DNA from: Bacteroidota bacterium
Lineage (GTDB): Bacteria > Bacteroidota > Bacteroidia > UKL13-3
Assembly (NCBI GenBank): GCA_027484685.1
Contig: JAIXSO010000026.1
Coordinates: forward strand, 18,406 to 82,405
Direction: 5' to 3'
Length of the DNA stretch: 64,000 nucleotides
Shown piece by piece: positions 18,815 through 29,243 of the stretch. Below the pieces are notes generated by a model. That model was given only the letters and a program-made list of their open reading frames with translations, ran no database searches and was not told the DNA's origin. Numbering within the stretch: position 1 is the stretch's first letter; each line of letters opens with the position of its first letter. Made by a program: the position numbers and the translations under genes.

Positions 18815-20935
18815 TTATTTAATTACTGCAAAATTACCCGTTTGCACAATACCACTTTGTAAATCTTTTACGCTGTACATGTATATTCCTTGGGTAATTT
18901 GATTTTTGGAGTCGCTTAGTAAATCCCAAGCATGTTCGCCTCCTGTCATTACTAATTTTTCTCTATCACTTAAGCGTTCAAACCATGCATTTCCTTCGCC
19001 ACTATATGTATTTGCATCGTGTTTAAAATTAGCGATTACATCACCACTAGTGGTATAAATAGTTATTTCACAGCTTTGTGGTAAATTATAAAAATACAGT
19101 TTTTTAGTCCTCGAGGTTGTTCCATCCCAAGCTGCGCTGGTACTGTATGGATTAGGGTAAATACCTACTTTGGTATTTTGGTCTTCTTTGGTAAAATTAT
19201 TTATATTGCTACCGCTAAAAACTCTAAAATCATTGCCACTAAACGATGATTCTAATGGTTCTAAATTTAAGTTTTTATTTCCTCTATCAAAGGCTGTAAC
19301 AATAAATAAATATTGCCATCCATTACTCAAATTATTCATGGTGTAAGCATAATGGTATTTGTTGGTATCACCTTCAAAAGTTTTTGGTTGTGCTAATCTT
19401 ATTAAGTCAAAACCATTATTAAAACCTACATCGTTTCCGGTGCTATCCCATTGTCCAATTAAATTGCGTGCATCGGTAAAATTTGGTTTTAAATCATCAC
19501 CAATTTTACTTGAATAAATCTTATAACCCTCAAAATCTTTTTCTCTGGTAATTGGGTCAATAGATGATTCGGCATTATTGCTCCAATAAATGGTTGCTTT
19601 TTTATCACCTGCTACTATTTTCACTTTAGGATCTTCAGGTGGTTCAGGCAATACAAAACGATCTAGTTTACCATTATTGTTGATGTCTTTTTCAGGAGTG
19701 TAAACGCCATTCTCTTCATTATCTTCACCTAAATAAGTTGCTTTAGCTCTTGTAAAATGGTCTCTTAATTCTTTTTGCGAAGCTTCAGTACTTAAAATAG
19801 TTAATGATTGGTTTTGGGTAAATTCTCTCAATTGTTTGCCGCACACAAAAGCCATAGTATAAGTCATGCTAGAGTCGGGTTCTAATGAGCGAAATGGACC
19901 TACACTCATTAACTGTAACCAATTAGATGCTGGTCCGTAAGTGGGTCCTGATGAAGAATTTAAATCGTTTGAATCAATACCAACAGCCAGTTTGCTATAC
20001 CTGGTTTGTTCATCATCAGGTCTAATGTATGGAGGAGTAACAGAGCCAAAAGTCCAAAAATTGGTATTAAAAGTTGGTGCTGTAAATCCTTTACTAGTAA
20101 ATATTTCAGGTTTTGCAGGATTAAAAAATAATCCATTCCAATCTGCACCCAAAAACTGCATGCCTCCATACGAACTGATAAAGTTAAAATCATCGGCTTG
20201 TTTCGAAGCCATGTAAGCTACAACAGCATTATTCTTATTATCTACAAAATTTCTACCTCTTTGAAAAAATAAAGAGCCTGTTTCTCTTGTAACATTTACA
20301 TTTCTAACTACTAAATCTGCAAAGTTGCCAATATATATAGAATCCCAGCGTTGTTTACTTTTATTGGTAATGGTATAGTTTAAAATTACAAAATAATCAG
20401 CATACGAGTAATTCCAGTTTAAAACCTCTAATTTAACAACTGCTTTTAAAGGATTGTCATGCGAGTTAATTGGTATGGTAGTACCTGGAATAATTACGTT
20501 ACTATCAGTGATGGTCATTACCAAATCTTGATGCGAAATGGCAGAATTAGAATAATTTGGACTTTTTGTTAAACTAGAACGTTCTAAAATTCCAGTAAGA
20601 GGAGTAAATTCAAAATTAGCTGCACCAGTTGAGTATCCAGCGCTGCTTTCTGACGAAGAAGTAGAAACCCTAACTTGTCCGTTAACGTAAGCCCCAATCC
20701 AAATGCCACCTTCAAATAAATGCTCAACACCACTTCCAGTAGGGTATGCCATTGATGGTGGACCACTGGTATTCGTTCTTACATTTGGTCGGCCAATGGT
20801 TCCAGCATTATTAACCGTAAGCCCAAGTCGGGCAGCAGTTGTGTATTTGTTTTCGTTTTTAACTTGTGCTTGTATGTTTTTATTTATTAACAAAAAACAT
20901 AATACAAGTAAATTAGCGCCAATTAGTTTTTGCAT
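18815..20935 (-). CDS. Conserved secreted hypothetical protein with FN3-like domain and T9SS-type C-terminus
   Basis: YPTGSG.EHLFEGGIWIG, DFEGYKIY, VTAFDRG, IYPNPY...GIYMYSV...FAVIK. Confidence 0.7.
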   Translation of the reverse strand: MQKLIGANLLVLCFLLINKNIQAQVKNENKYTTAARLGLTVNNAGTIGRPNVRTNTSGPPSMAYPTGSGVEHLFEGGIWIGAYVNGQVRVSTSSSESSAGYSTGAANFEFTPLTGILERSSLTKSPNYSNSAISHQDLVMTITDSNVIIPGTTIPINSHDNPLKAVVKLEVLNWNYSYADYFVILNYTITNKSKQRWDSIYIGNFADLVVRNVNVTRETGSLFFQRGRNFVDNKNNAVVAYMASKQADDFNFISSYGGMQFLGADWNGLFFNPAKPEIFTSKGFTAPTFNTNFWTFGSVTPPYIRPDDEQTRYSKLAVGIDSNDLNSSSGPTYGPASNWLQLMSVGPFRSLEPDSSMTYTMAFVCGKQLREFTQNQSLTILSTEASQKELRDHFTRAKATYLGEDNEENGVYTPEKDINNNGKLDRFVLPEPPEDPKVKIVAGDKKATIYWSNNAESSIDPITREKDFEGYKIYSSKIGDDLKPNFTDARNLIGQWDSTGNDVGFNNGFDLIRLAQPKTFEGDTNKYHYAYTMNNLSNGWQYLFIVTAFDRGNKNLNLEPLESSFSGNDFRVFSGSNINNFTKEDQNTKVGIYPNPYSTSAAWDGTTSRTKKLYFYNLPQSCEITIYTTSGDVIANFKHDANTYSGEGNAWFERLSDREKLVMTGGEHAWDLLSDSKNQITQGIYMYSVKDLQSGIVQTGNFAVIK

Positions 20936-21187
20936 ATTTTACAGTTTGCAAATATGTGAATTTTAACAATACGTTACTGTTAAATTATTATTTTGCAGTA
21001 ATTAAATTGATAAATATTTTTTTTCAACAGCCTACCAACTCCTAATACATTGTGAATGTTATTTTTAAAAAACTTTCTTAGGCTTATTTTCGATGATAAT
21101 TGTCAATACATAAAATTATTTTTACTAGTATTTGACACCATTGCTATATTGCAACACATTTACACAATAAAAAATAGGATTATACCA

Positions 21188-22333
21188 ATGAAGCATTTGA
21201 AAATTAAAGCATCTTTTGTATTAATGATAGCTATGTTACTTTTTAGTAACTTATCAGTATTCGCGCAAGATATGAACGAGGAAGCAGCAGACGCAGCTCA
21301 ATCAACAGCTAGTAACATTAACTGGTTAATTACTGGCATTGCCATTTTATTAGTTTTTATTATAGGAATGGTTTTCGATATATTATCGAAAGTTGGCGAT
21401 GTTCAAAAGAAACCAGTAATCAACTGGGGTAAAATTAATGCCTATTTAGCATTGGTGTTTTTAGTAGTTGGATTAACTGCAACAGTTTGGGAGTTTATGG
21501 TTCATGGTAAACTAACATTATTTGCATTGCCAGCTGCATCAGCACATGCTGAAGAGTATGACAATATGTTTATGATTACTTTAGCATTAACGGGATTTGT
21601 TTTTGTTATTACTCAAATATTATTGTTTTGGTACACATACAAATACAAAGAAAACTTAAAACGTAAAGCTTTACATTATCCTGATAATCACAAACTTGAG
21701 CTAATTTGGACAATTATTCCAACTTTTGTGCTAACAATTTTAGTGGTTAGGGGTTTAATAGTTTGGAATCATATGACTTCAAGTAAATCAGAAAATGCAA
21801 TGAATATAGAAGTATTTGGCTACCAATTTGCTTGGAATGCCCGCTATAGTGGTGCTGATAATAAATTAGGTAAATACGATTTTCGTCAAATGGGTGTTGT
21901 TAATGCCTTAGGTGTTGATAGTACTAAAGAATTTGCTGGTGATGATATTATAACAAGTGAATTGCATATTCCAGTTAATAGAGATATTTATTTACATTTT
22001 AGAGCGAAAGATGTGATTCACTCAGCATATTTACCTCATTTTAGAGTTCAAATGAATGTGGTGCCAGGTTTGCCAACTAAATTTAGCTTCACACCAACTT
22101 TAACCACCAACGAAATGCGTGTTAAATTAGATAATCCTAATTTTGATTACATATTGTTATGTAACAAAATTTGTGGAAGTGCGCATTACCGTATGAAAAT
22201 GAAAGTTATTGTTGATTCGGAAGAAGAATTTGACAAATGGATTAAACAACAGCCAGCCTTAACAGCAAAAGGAACTGAAACTAACAATGCTTTTTCTTTT
22301 AAAATAAAAAATAGCCCTTTGGCTTCAAATTAA
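21188..22333 (+). CDS. coxB: Cytochrome c oxidase subunit II (likely start MKHLK)
   Basis: LELIWTIIP, QFAW, DVIHS, CNKICGSAHYRM CuA site. Confidence 0.92.
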   Translation: MKHLKIKASFVLMIAMLLFSNLSVFAQDMNEEAADAAQSTASNINWLITGIAILLVFIIGMVFDILSKVGDVQKKPVINWGKINAYLALVFLVVGLTATVWEFMVHGKLTLFALPAASAHAEEYDNMFMITLALTGFVFVITQILLFWYTYKYKENLKRKALHYPDNHKLELIWTIIPTFVLTILVVRGLIVWNHMTSSKSENAMNIEVFGYQFAWNARYSGADNKLGKYDFRQMGVVNALGVDSTKEFAGDDIITSELHIPVNRDIYLHFRAKDVIHSAYLPHFRVQMNVVPGLPTKFSFTPTLTTNEMRVKLDNPNFDYILLCNKICGSAHYRMKMKVIVDSEEEFDKWIKQQPALTAKGTETNNAFSFKIKNSPLASN

Positions 22334-22367
22334 TTTTTAACATTTAGAAATAAAATAATAGATATAT

Positions 22368-24269
22368 ATGAGCGCAGTTGCAATGCACACCGATGGCCAC
22401 CACCACGATGACCACGGCCATCACAAAGAGACCTTCATTTCGAAGTACATTTTTAGTATGGACCACAAAATGATATCGAAACAGTTTTTAATAACTGGTA
22501 TCATTATGGGTACAATTGGAATGTTAATGTCGTTAGTTTTCCGTTTACAGCTTGCTTATCCTGAAACTAAGTTTCCTATTTTCGAAACTATTTTAGGCGA
22601 GTGGGGTAAAGGTGGAAAATTAGATCCTAATTTCTATTTAGCTTTAATTACTATTCATGGTACCATTATGGTATTCTTTGTATTAACCGCTGGTTTAAGT
22701 GGTACATTTAGTAATTTATTAATTCCATTACAAGTTGGTGCTCGTGATATGGCCTCGCCTTTCATGAACATGTTATCATATTGGTTCTTTTTTACCTCAT
22801 CGGTAATTATGATTTGGTCATTATTTGTGCAAGGTGGACCAGCTTCTGCAGGTTGGACAATTTACCCACCACTATCAGCATTGCCTAAAGCAATTCCTGG
22901 TTCTGGTACTGGTATGACTTTGTGGTTAGTATCAATGATTATGTTCATTGTTTCATCACTATTAGGTGGTATTAACTATGTAGCTACTGTGGTTAACATG
23001 CGTACCAAAGGTATGAAAATGACTAGAATGCCTTTAACAATTTGGGCATTTACATTTACTGCTATTTTAGGTATTTTATCTTTCCCTGTTTTATTTGGTG
23101 GTTCTCTTTTATTAGTATTTGATAGAAGTTTTGGAACATCATTTTACTTAAATGAAATTCCTGCTGATTTAGCTGGTGGAATTGAAAGAGTTGGTGGTTC
23201 ACCTATTTTATTCCAACATTTATTTTGGTTTTTAGGTCACCCTGAGGTGTATATTATTTTATTACCTGCTTTAGGTATTACTTCTGAAGTTATTGCAACT
23301 AATGCTCGTAAACCAATTTTTGGTTACCGTGCAATGATTGGTTCAATTATGGCTATTGCTATTCTTTCATTCATTGTTTGGGGACACCACATGTTTATTA
23401 CAGGTATGAATCCGTTCTTAGGTTCGGTATTTATGTTAGGAACATTAATTATTGCTGTTCCTTCTGCTGTAAAAACATTTAACTATTTAGGTACTTTATG
23501 GCAAGGTAACTTGCGTTTAAATCCTCAAATGATGTTTGCTATTGGTTTAGTATCATTCTTTATTTCGGGTGGTTTAACAGGTATTTTCTTAGGAAATGCT
23601 GCCTTGGATATTAACTTACACGATTCATACTTTGTGGTTGCTCACTTCCATTTAGTAATGGGTAGTGCTGCTATTTTTGGTATGTTATGTGGTATTTACC
23701 ATTGGTATCCTAAGATGTTTGGTAGAACAATGAACGAAAGTTTGGGACATATCCATTTCTGGATGACAATAGTTTCTGCTTATTGTGTGTTCTTCCCTAT
23801 GCACTTTATGGGCTTAGCTGGTGTACCTCGTAGATATTATGCATTTACTGCTTACGATCAGTTTAATGTATTTGTTGATATGAACAAGTTTATTACTTAC
23901 GCTGCATTTATTGGCGGTATTGCTCAATTTATTTTCTTGTTCAATTTCTTCTACAGTATGTTTAAAGGTAAGAAAGCTGTTCAAAATCCTTGGGAAAGTA
24001 ACACCTTAGAGTGGACCACTCCGGTTAAACATTTACATGGCAACTGGCCAGGAGAAATCCCTCATGTATATCGTTGGCCGTATGATTATAGTGTACCAGG
24101 TCACGAAACAGATTTCATTCCTCAAACAACTCCAGATGAAGGTCAGTTAGATCCATTATCTGAACCAAAACATATTCCTGCTCCTGAACGAAAAAAGGTT
24201 ACTACTTTAGAAAAAGAAGAAGCAGTTTTATTTACAGTAGTTAAACGTTGGTTGGGGTTTGCTCAATAA
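22368..24269 (+). CDS. ctaD: Cytochrome c oxidase subunit I (A1 type)
   Basis: GWTIYPPLS, WFLGHPEVY, WGHHMF, VVAHFH. Confidence 0.97.
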   Translation: MSAVAMHTDGHHHDDHGHHKETFISKYIFSMDHKMISKQFLITGIIMGTIGMLMSLVFRLQLAYPETKFPIFETILGEWGKGGKLDPNFYLALITIHGTIMVFFVLTAGLSGTFSNLLIPLQVGARDMASPFMNMLSYWFFFTSSVIMIWSLFVQGGPASAGWTIYPPLSALPKAIPGSGTGMTLWLVSMIMFIVSSLLGGINYVATVVNMRTKGMKMTRMPLTIWAFTFTAILGILSFPVLFGGSLLLVFDRSFGTSFYLNEIPADLAGGIERVGGSPILFQHLFWFLGHPEVYIILLPALGITSEVIATNARKPIFGYRAMIGSIMAIAILSFIVWGHHMFITGMNPFLGSVFMLGTLIIAVPSAVKTFNYLGTLWQGNLRLNPQMMFAIGLVSFFISGGLTGIFLGNAALDINLHDSYFVVAHFHLVMGSAAIFGMLCGIYHWYPKMFGRTMNESLGHIHFWMTIVSAYCVFFPMHFMGLAGVPRRYYAFTAYDQFNVFVDMNKFITYAAFIGGIAQFIFLFNFFYSMFKGKKAVQNPWESNTLEWTTPVKHLHGNWPGEIPHVYRWPYDYSVPGHETDFIPQTTPDEGQLDPLSEPKHIPAPERKKVTTLEKEEAVLFTVVKRWLGFAQ

Positions 24270-24284
24270 TTTAAACAAATAAAA

Positions 24285-24315
24285 ATAACCACACTTTTAT
24301 GAGTGTGGTTGTTTT
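24285..24315 (+). terminator. Hairpin/terminator after subunit I
   Basis: aaccacact...agtgtggtt stem followed by gtttt. Confidence 0.55.
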
Positions 24316-24345
24316 AAAAAGAATGATTTAAAATCATTCAGAATA

Positions 24346-25320
24346 ATGTTAGAAACAAAAAAATACGAAATTAGATTTAGAAGATTTGGAATTGCAACTA
24401 TCATTGCAGTTTTCTTCCTAATTTTTGTAGGAGGTTTAGTAAGAAGTACTGGAAGTGGGATGGGTTGTCCTGATTGGCCAAAATGTTTTGGTCAGTATGT
24501 GCCGCCTACCAATATAAATCAATTACCTGTTGATTATAAAACCAAGTTTGCCGTTCAAGGTAAGCAAATAGCCGATTTCGATGTTTACAAAACTTGGATT
24601 GAATATTTAAATAGGTTAGTTGGTGTTGTAATTGGGTTATTTATATTACTTACTGTAGTTTTTGCATTTCCTTATTTAAAATCAAACCCTAAAATATTTT
24701 GGTTAAGCTTCTTAGCTTTTATTTTAGTTGGTTTTCAAGGTTGGATTGGTTCTAAAGTAGTGTCTACCGATTTAGCTACTTGGATGATAACCATACACAT
24801 GTTAATAGCTTTGGTGATTGTAGCATTGTTAATTTTTACAGTGGCTATTTCCCAAACGTTTAGCATTATTCAATATAAATCGGATAGTTCTTTAAAATGG
24901 TTTATTTACATTTCATTAATTATTAGTTTAATACAAATAGTTAGTGGAACTCAAGTTCGTGAAAAAGTTGACCATGTGGCTAATCTTTTTGGTGAACAAT
25001 ATCGAACTCAATGGCCTAAATTTTTTATGGAAGAGTTAATCTTTAAATTACATAGAAGTTGGTCAATTTTGAGTTTACTTATTTCAACATTATTACTATT
25101 TAAATATAGAAATTTGTTTGAAAGAAGCTCATTAATTTATAAATGTGGATTGGGAATTATTTTACTGTTATGTTCTCAAGCACTTAGTGGAAGTATTTTG
25201 GTAAATTTAGGTTTTCCCAAAGAAGTAACATCCATTCATTTAACAGTAGGAAGTATTATTGCTGGCTTACAAATTTTGGTAGCCATTTTGATTTTTAATA
25301 AAACAAAACTTATTAGCTAA
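24346..25320 (+). CDS. ctaA: Heme A synthase (COX15/CtaA)
   Basis: VRSTGSGMGCPDWPKC, WIEYLNRL, conserved His residues. Confidence 0.9.
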   Translation: MLETKKYEIRFRRFGIATIIAVFFLIFVGGLVRSTGSGMGCPDWPKCFGQYVPPTNINQLPVDYKTKFAVQGKQIADFDVYKTWIEYLNRLVGVVIGLFILLTVVFAFPYLKSNPKIFWLSFLAFILVGFQGWIGSKVVSTDLATWMITIHMLIALVIVALLIFTVAISQTFSIIQYKSDSSLKWFIYISLIISLIQIVSGTQVREKVDHVANLFGEQYRTQWPKFFMEELIFKLHRSWSILSLLISTLLLFKYRNLFERSSLIYKCGLGIILLLCSQALSGSILVNLGFPKEVTSIHLTVGSIIAGLQILVAILIFNKTKLIS

Positions 25321-25348
25321 ACTAGCTTTTAAGTAAAAAAAATATAAA

Positions 25349-26251
25349 TTGGATAGAACAGAACAACATATTGCAATTGAAACAACAAGTTTTTGGAAAC
25401 AAAAATATGGTGATTACATGCAACTTATAAAAATCCGGTTGAGTAGTTTGGTTGTATTCAGTTCCGTTATAACTTATTTAACTGCTGTAAGTGGCACTAT
25501 TAATTGGTTTGAGGTTTTTATTTTAGGCGCTGCTGGCTTATTGGTAACTGGTGCTGCTAATGGAATCAATCAAATAATTGAAAAGGACTACGATAAGTTA
25601 ATGACTAGAACGGCTAACAGACCTGTTTCAACTGGACGAATGAGCGTTTTAGAAGCAGGAATTAGCTCTACCTTAATGGGATTAATTGGAGTTTTCTTAA
25701 TTGGTTTTTATTTAAATCAATTGAGTGGTGTATTAGCATTAATTTCACTTTTAAGCTATGCATTTATATATACACCTTTAAAACGTGTTACACCAATTTC
25801 GGTATTTGTGGGTGCTTTTCCAGGTGCTTTTCCTACTATGTTAGGTTGGGTAGCTTACACTGGAAAAATTGATTTAGCAGCTATTGTTTTATTTACCGTT
25901 CAATTTGTTTGGCAGTTTCCTCATTTTTGGAGTATTGCTTGGCTTTTAGAAGATGATTATAAAAAAGCTGGTTTCAAAATGTTGCCTTTTAACCCGGGAA
26001 GAACCAAGAAAACTGCATTTCAATGTTTATTATTCTCCTTGATTTTAATTCCAATTGGAATTTTACCTACTGTATTTGGAATTTCAGGAGTGGTGGCCGC
26101 TGTTGTTGCAGTTTTTGGTGCCTTATATTTTAGTTTTTACGCCTATAAATTATATAAAAGTTGCGAACTAGCTGATGCTAAAAAGTTAATGTTAGCCGCA
26201 ATTATCTATCTACCCATTGTTCAACTTTTTTACTTGATAGATAAAATTTAA
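25349..26251 (+). CDS. cyoE: Protoheme IX farnesyltransferase (heme O synthase); TTG start
   Basis: D..M.RT.NRP, YTPLKR, WQFPHFW motifs. Confidence 0.93.
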   Translation: MDRTEQHIAIETTSFWKQKYGDYMQLIKIRLSSLVVFSSVITYLTAVSGTINWFEVFILGAAGLLVTGAANGINQIIEKDYDKLMTRTANRPVSTGRMSVLEAGISSTLMGLIGVFLIGFYLNQLSGVLALISLLSYAFIYTPLKRVTPISVFVGAFPGAFPTMLGWVAYTGKIDLAAIVLFTVQFVWQFPHFWSIAWLLEDDYKKAGFKMLPFNPGRTKKTAFQCLLFSLILIPIGILPTVFGISGVVAAVVAVFGALYFSFYAYKLYKSCELADAKKLMLAAIIYLPIVQLFYLIDKI

Positions 26252-26253
26252 TA

Positions 26254-26838
26254 ATGATACAAACCGTTAATAAACCGATAATTGATGAGCGCGAACCAGG
26301 TGTAGAGCCTAAAAAGTTTGTACTTTGGTTGTTACTAGTAAGTAGTATAATGCTATTTGCTGGTTTTACAAGTGCTTACATAGTGCGCAGGGGAGAAGGC
26401 GAATGGGTAGTTTTTGAATTACCTATAATGTTTATGCTTAACACTGGAGTAGTGGTATTAAGCAGTGTATTTATGCAATGGGCATATATGTCAGCTAAGA
26501 AAGACGAATTGAATCAAACCAAATTAGGTCTTGCTTTAGCAATTATTTTGGGAACCTTATTTTGCATTATGCAGTATTGGGGTTGGAGCCAAATGGTTTA
26601 TAATTCAATTTATTTTGGATTTGCTAACCCAAGTGGTTCATTTGTGTATGTAATTACTGGCTTGCATTTAGCTCACGTAGTTATTGGTATTTTATATTTA
26701 ATAACTATTTTAATACAAACGTTTAGATTTAAAGTACACAAAAAGGCCATAAGAGGAATTGCAATGTGTAATACTTATTGGCATTTTGTAGGAATACTTT
26801 GGATTTATCTATATGTATTTTTACTTTTGAACAGATAA
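26254..26838 (+). CDS. Cytochrome c oxidase subunit III (first paralog)
   Basis: MLFAGFTSAY, TGLHLAHV, YWHFV. Confidence 0.9.
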   Translation: MIQTVNKPIIDEREPGVEPKKFVLWLLLVSSIMLFAGFTSAYIVRRGEGEWVVFELPIMFMLNTGVVVLSSVFMQWAYMSAKKDELNQTKLGLALAIILGTLFCIMQYWGWSQMVYNSIYFGFANPSGSFVYVITGLHLAHVVIGILYLITILIQTFRFKVHKKAIRGIAMCNTYWHFVGILWIYLYVFLLLNR

Positions 26839-26879
26839 AAAATTAAATAAACTAAGAAACAAATAATAATTAATAAATA

Positions 26880-27635
26880 ATGGCAAACTCAGCTACTTTA
26901 ACTACCGACAGCAAACAAACATGGGGTGGAGGAAAATCACCTTTCAGTGTAAGTTATGGTAAATTAATGATGTGGATTTTTCTACTTTCAGATGCATTTA
27001 CTTTTTCATCATTGCTAATTGCGTATGGTTTTGTAAGATTTACTTTTACAGGCTCATTACCGAACTCAGTTGTAAAACCTTTTGCGCACCTTTCGCATAA
27101 CTTTGTTGAAGAAATGCAGAAAGCTGGCATGTTTGTTACTGAACGTTGGCCTTCACCTGAATTGGTATTCAATCATTTTCCTTTCTTACATGGTATTCAC
27201 TTACCATTGATGTTCGTTAGTTTAATGACCTTTATTTTGATTTTCAGTTCTGTTACCATGGTATTAGCTGTAGAAGCTGGTCATAGAATGGCTAAAAAAG
27301 AAGTGGAGAATTATATGATTTTAACTATTATTGGTGGTGCAGCTTTCTTAGGTTGCCAAGCTTGGGAGTGGACAAATTTTATTGGTGAAGGTGCAAGCTT
27401 AAGCAGCAATCCTTTTGGTCCAACAGCTTTTGCTGCTTTGTTCTTTATTGTTACGGGTTTCCACGGTACACACGTACTTTCAGGTGTTATATTAAATATA
27501 GTTATTTACTTAAATGTAGTTAACGGAACTTACGAAAAAAGAGGCCATTACGAAATGGTTGAAAAAGTAGGTTTATACTGGCATTTTGTTGATTTAGTTT
27601 GGGTGTTTGTATTTACATTCTTCTATTTAATATAA
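26880..27635 (+). CDS. Cytochrome c oxidase subunit III (second paralog)
   Basis: GKLMMWIFLLSDA, TGFHGTHV, GLYWHFVDLVW. Confidence 0.9.
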   Translation: MANSATLTTDSKQTWGGGKSPFSVSYGKLMMWIFLLSDAFTFSSLLIAYGFVRFTFTGSLPNSVVKPFAHLSHNFVEEMQKAGMFVTERWPSPELVFNHFPFLHGIHLPLMFVSLMTFILIFSSVTMVLAVEAGHRMAKKEVENYMILTIIGGAAFLGCQAWEWTNFIGEGASLSSNPFGPTAFAALFFIVTGFHGTHVLSGVILNIVIYLNVVNGTYEKRGHYEMVEKVGLYWHFVDLVWVFVFTFFYLI

Positions 27636-27685
27636 TTTCAAAATTCAAAGAGTTTAATAGTTTAACATATTAATAAAAAATTATC

Positions 27686-28015
27686 ATGGATCAAGTAGAA
27701 CATTTAGAACACACAGAATCACCTGCTAATATGAAAAGCCAAATTTGGCGTACATTTTGGGTTTTATTGGCTTTAACATTAGTCGATATCGTTTTATATT
27801 TCGTATTACTTTCAAGTCACTCCATTGCTAAAAATATCTTATTCGTATTTTTAGGAATAGTAAAAGCATTTTATATCGTTTCGGTATTTATGCATATGAA
27901 ATTTGAACGTAAATTCTTAGTTTGGATTATTATTACTCCAATGCTATTTGTGTGTTTCTTAATTTGGTTAGCTTTAACCGAAGCAGGATATACATTTGGA
28001 ATGCGTTTATTTTAA
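27686..28015 (+). CDS. Cytochrome c oxidase subunit IV family
   Basis: KAFYIV..FMHMKFE motif; 3 TMs. Confidence 0.85.
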   Translation: MDQVEHLEHTESPANMKSQIWRTFWVLLALTLVDIVLYFVLLSSHSIAKNILFVFLGIVKAFYIVSVFMHMKFERKFLVWIIITPMLFVCFLIWLALTEAGYTFGMRLF

Positions 28016-28066
28016 AAATCTTTTTCGCAAAAAAACTTTAAGTAAGTTTTTTACTTTATATTATTA

Positions 28067-28714
28067 ATGAAAAGAAAATCATTTTGGGTAGCAATTGGCC
28101 TTTTAGTAGTGCCAGTTGCTCTCTTTTTTTTATTGCGTGCTAGTAAACAAAATTACAAGCATTTGCCTCATTTAGGTTATCACACTGAGCCTAATGGAAA
28201 AGATATTAAGGACACTATCTTTTACCAAGTCCCTGAATTTTCTGTTACCGATCAAAGCGGAAAAGAATTAAACACCAAAATGCTTAGCAATAATATTGTG
28301 ATAGCTAATTTCTTTTTTGCTAGTTGCAAAGATGTTTGCCCAGCTATGAACCACAATTTATCTGCTTTTTACGAAAAAGCTAAAGAATGGAGCGAGGTTA
28401 AGTTGGTTTCATTCACAGTAGATCCTGATAACGATTCTACTAAGGTATTATTTGATTATGCCAATAGATTTAAAGCAGATAAAAATATTTGGCATTTTTG
28501 TAGAACCAATAAAGAAAATTTGTTTAAAATTGGTCAAGGTTTTTTACTACCCGTTTCCATTGAAGACAAAACAGTTGACCATAGCCAACAAGTAATATTA
28601 ATGGATAAATCGCGCTGTATTAGAGGCGTTTATAATGGCCTTGATTTAAACGATATGAAGCGATTAAATGACGAATTAAAAGTACTTTTATATGAATACC
28701 ACGAACCAAAATAG
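28067..28714 (+). CDS. SCO family copper chaperone
   Basis: FFFASCKDVCP, TVDPDND, conserved HS. Confidence 0.9.
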   Translation: MKRKSFWVAIGLLVVPVALFFLLRASKQNYKHLPHLGYHTEPNGKDIKDTIFYQVPEFSVTDQSGKELNTKMLSNNIVIANFFFASCKDVCPAMNHNLSAFYEKAKEWSEVKLVSFTVDPDNDSTKVLFDYANRFKADKNIWHFCRTNKENLFKIGQGFLLPVSIEDKTVDHSQQVILMDKSRCIRGVYNGLDLNDMKRLNDELKVLLYEYHEPK

Positions 28715-29243
28715 TCAAGATAAATTAGTTTTTAAAATAGTTACCATTGTTTCAATATTTGTTTTTGTAGCTGTTGTAATTTTAAATCGTAAAATATTAC
28801 CAAGGCCCGAAGTATTGCCAAGTTGGGTAATGTATTTGCCTAAATTAAATGCATTTATTAATGCTACTTGTACAGTTTTGTTATTGCTTTCATTGTATTT
28901 TATTAAACAAAAAAACATTGCTGCACATAAAGCTATTAACTTAACTGCTTTTGGGTTATCGTCTTTATTTTTGGTGAGTTATATTTTGTATCATTGGATG
29001 GCAAACGAAACCACTTTTCCTGAAGATAATTCAATGAGAGGTTTGTATTTAACCATTTTAATCAGTCATATTATTTTAGCTGCATTGGTTTTACCTTTGG
29101 TATTGCTTTCTTTTTATTATGGCTTGCAAATGAATGTAGAAAAACACCGTAAGATTGTACGTTTTACTTATCCAATTTGGTTATATGTAACTACCACAGG
29201 CGTTATAGTATATGCTATGATTAGCCCTTATTACAAATTTTAG
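28692..29243 (+). CDS. DUF420 membrane protein
   Basis: LNAFINA, ILISHI, H.KI.R..YPIWLYV..TGV. Confidence 0.85.
   Translation: MNTTNQNSQDKLVFKIVTIVSIFVFVAVVILNRKILPRPEVLPSWVMYLPKLNAFINATCTVLLLLSLYFIKQKNIAAHKAINLTAFGLSSLFLVSYILYHWMANETTFPEDNSMRGLYLTILISHIILAALVLPLVLLSFYYGLQMNVEKHRKIVRFTYPIWLYVTTTGVIVYAMISPYYKF

Noticed and set aside
21056-21187. Longer ORF-track starts for coxB (also 16009, 30651, 39474, 46622)
   Set aside because: The extensions run through promoter-like AT-rich DNA; downstream ATGs give proper signal peptides or follow TAnnTTTG elements.
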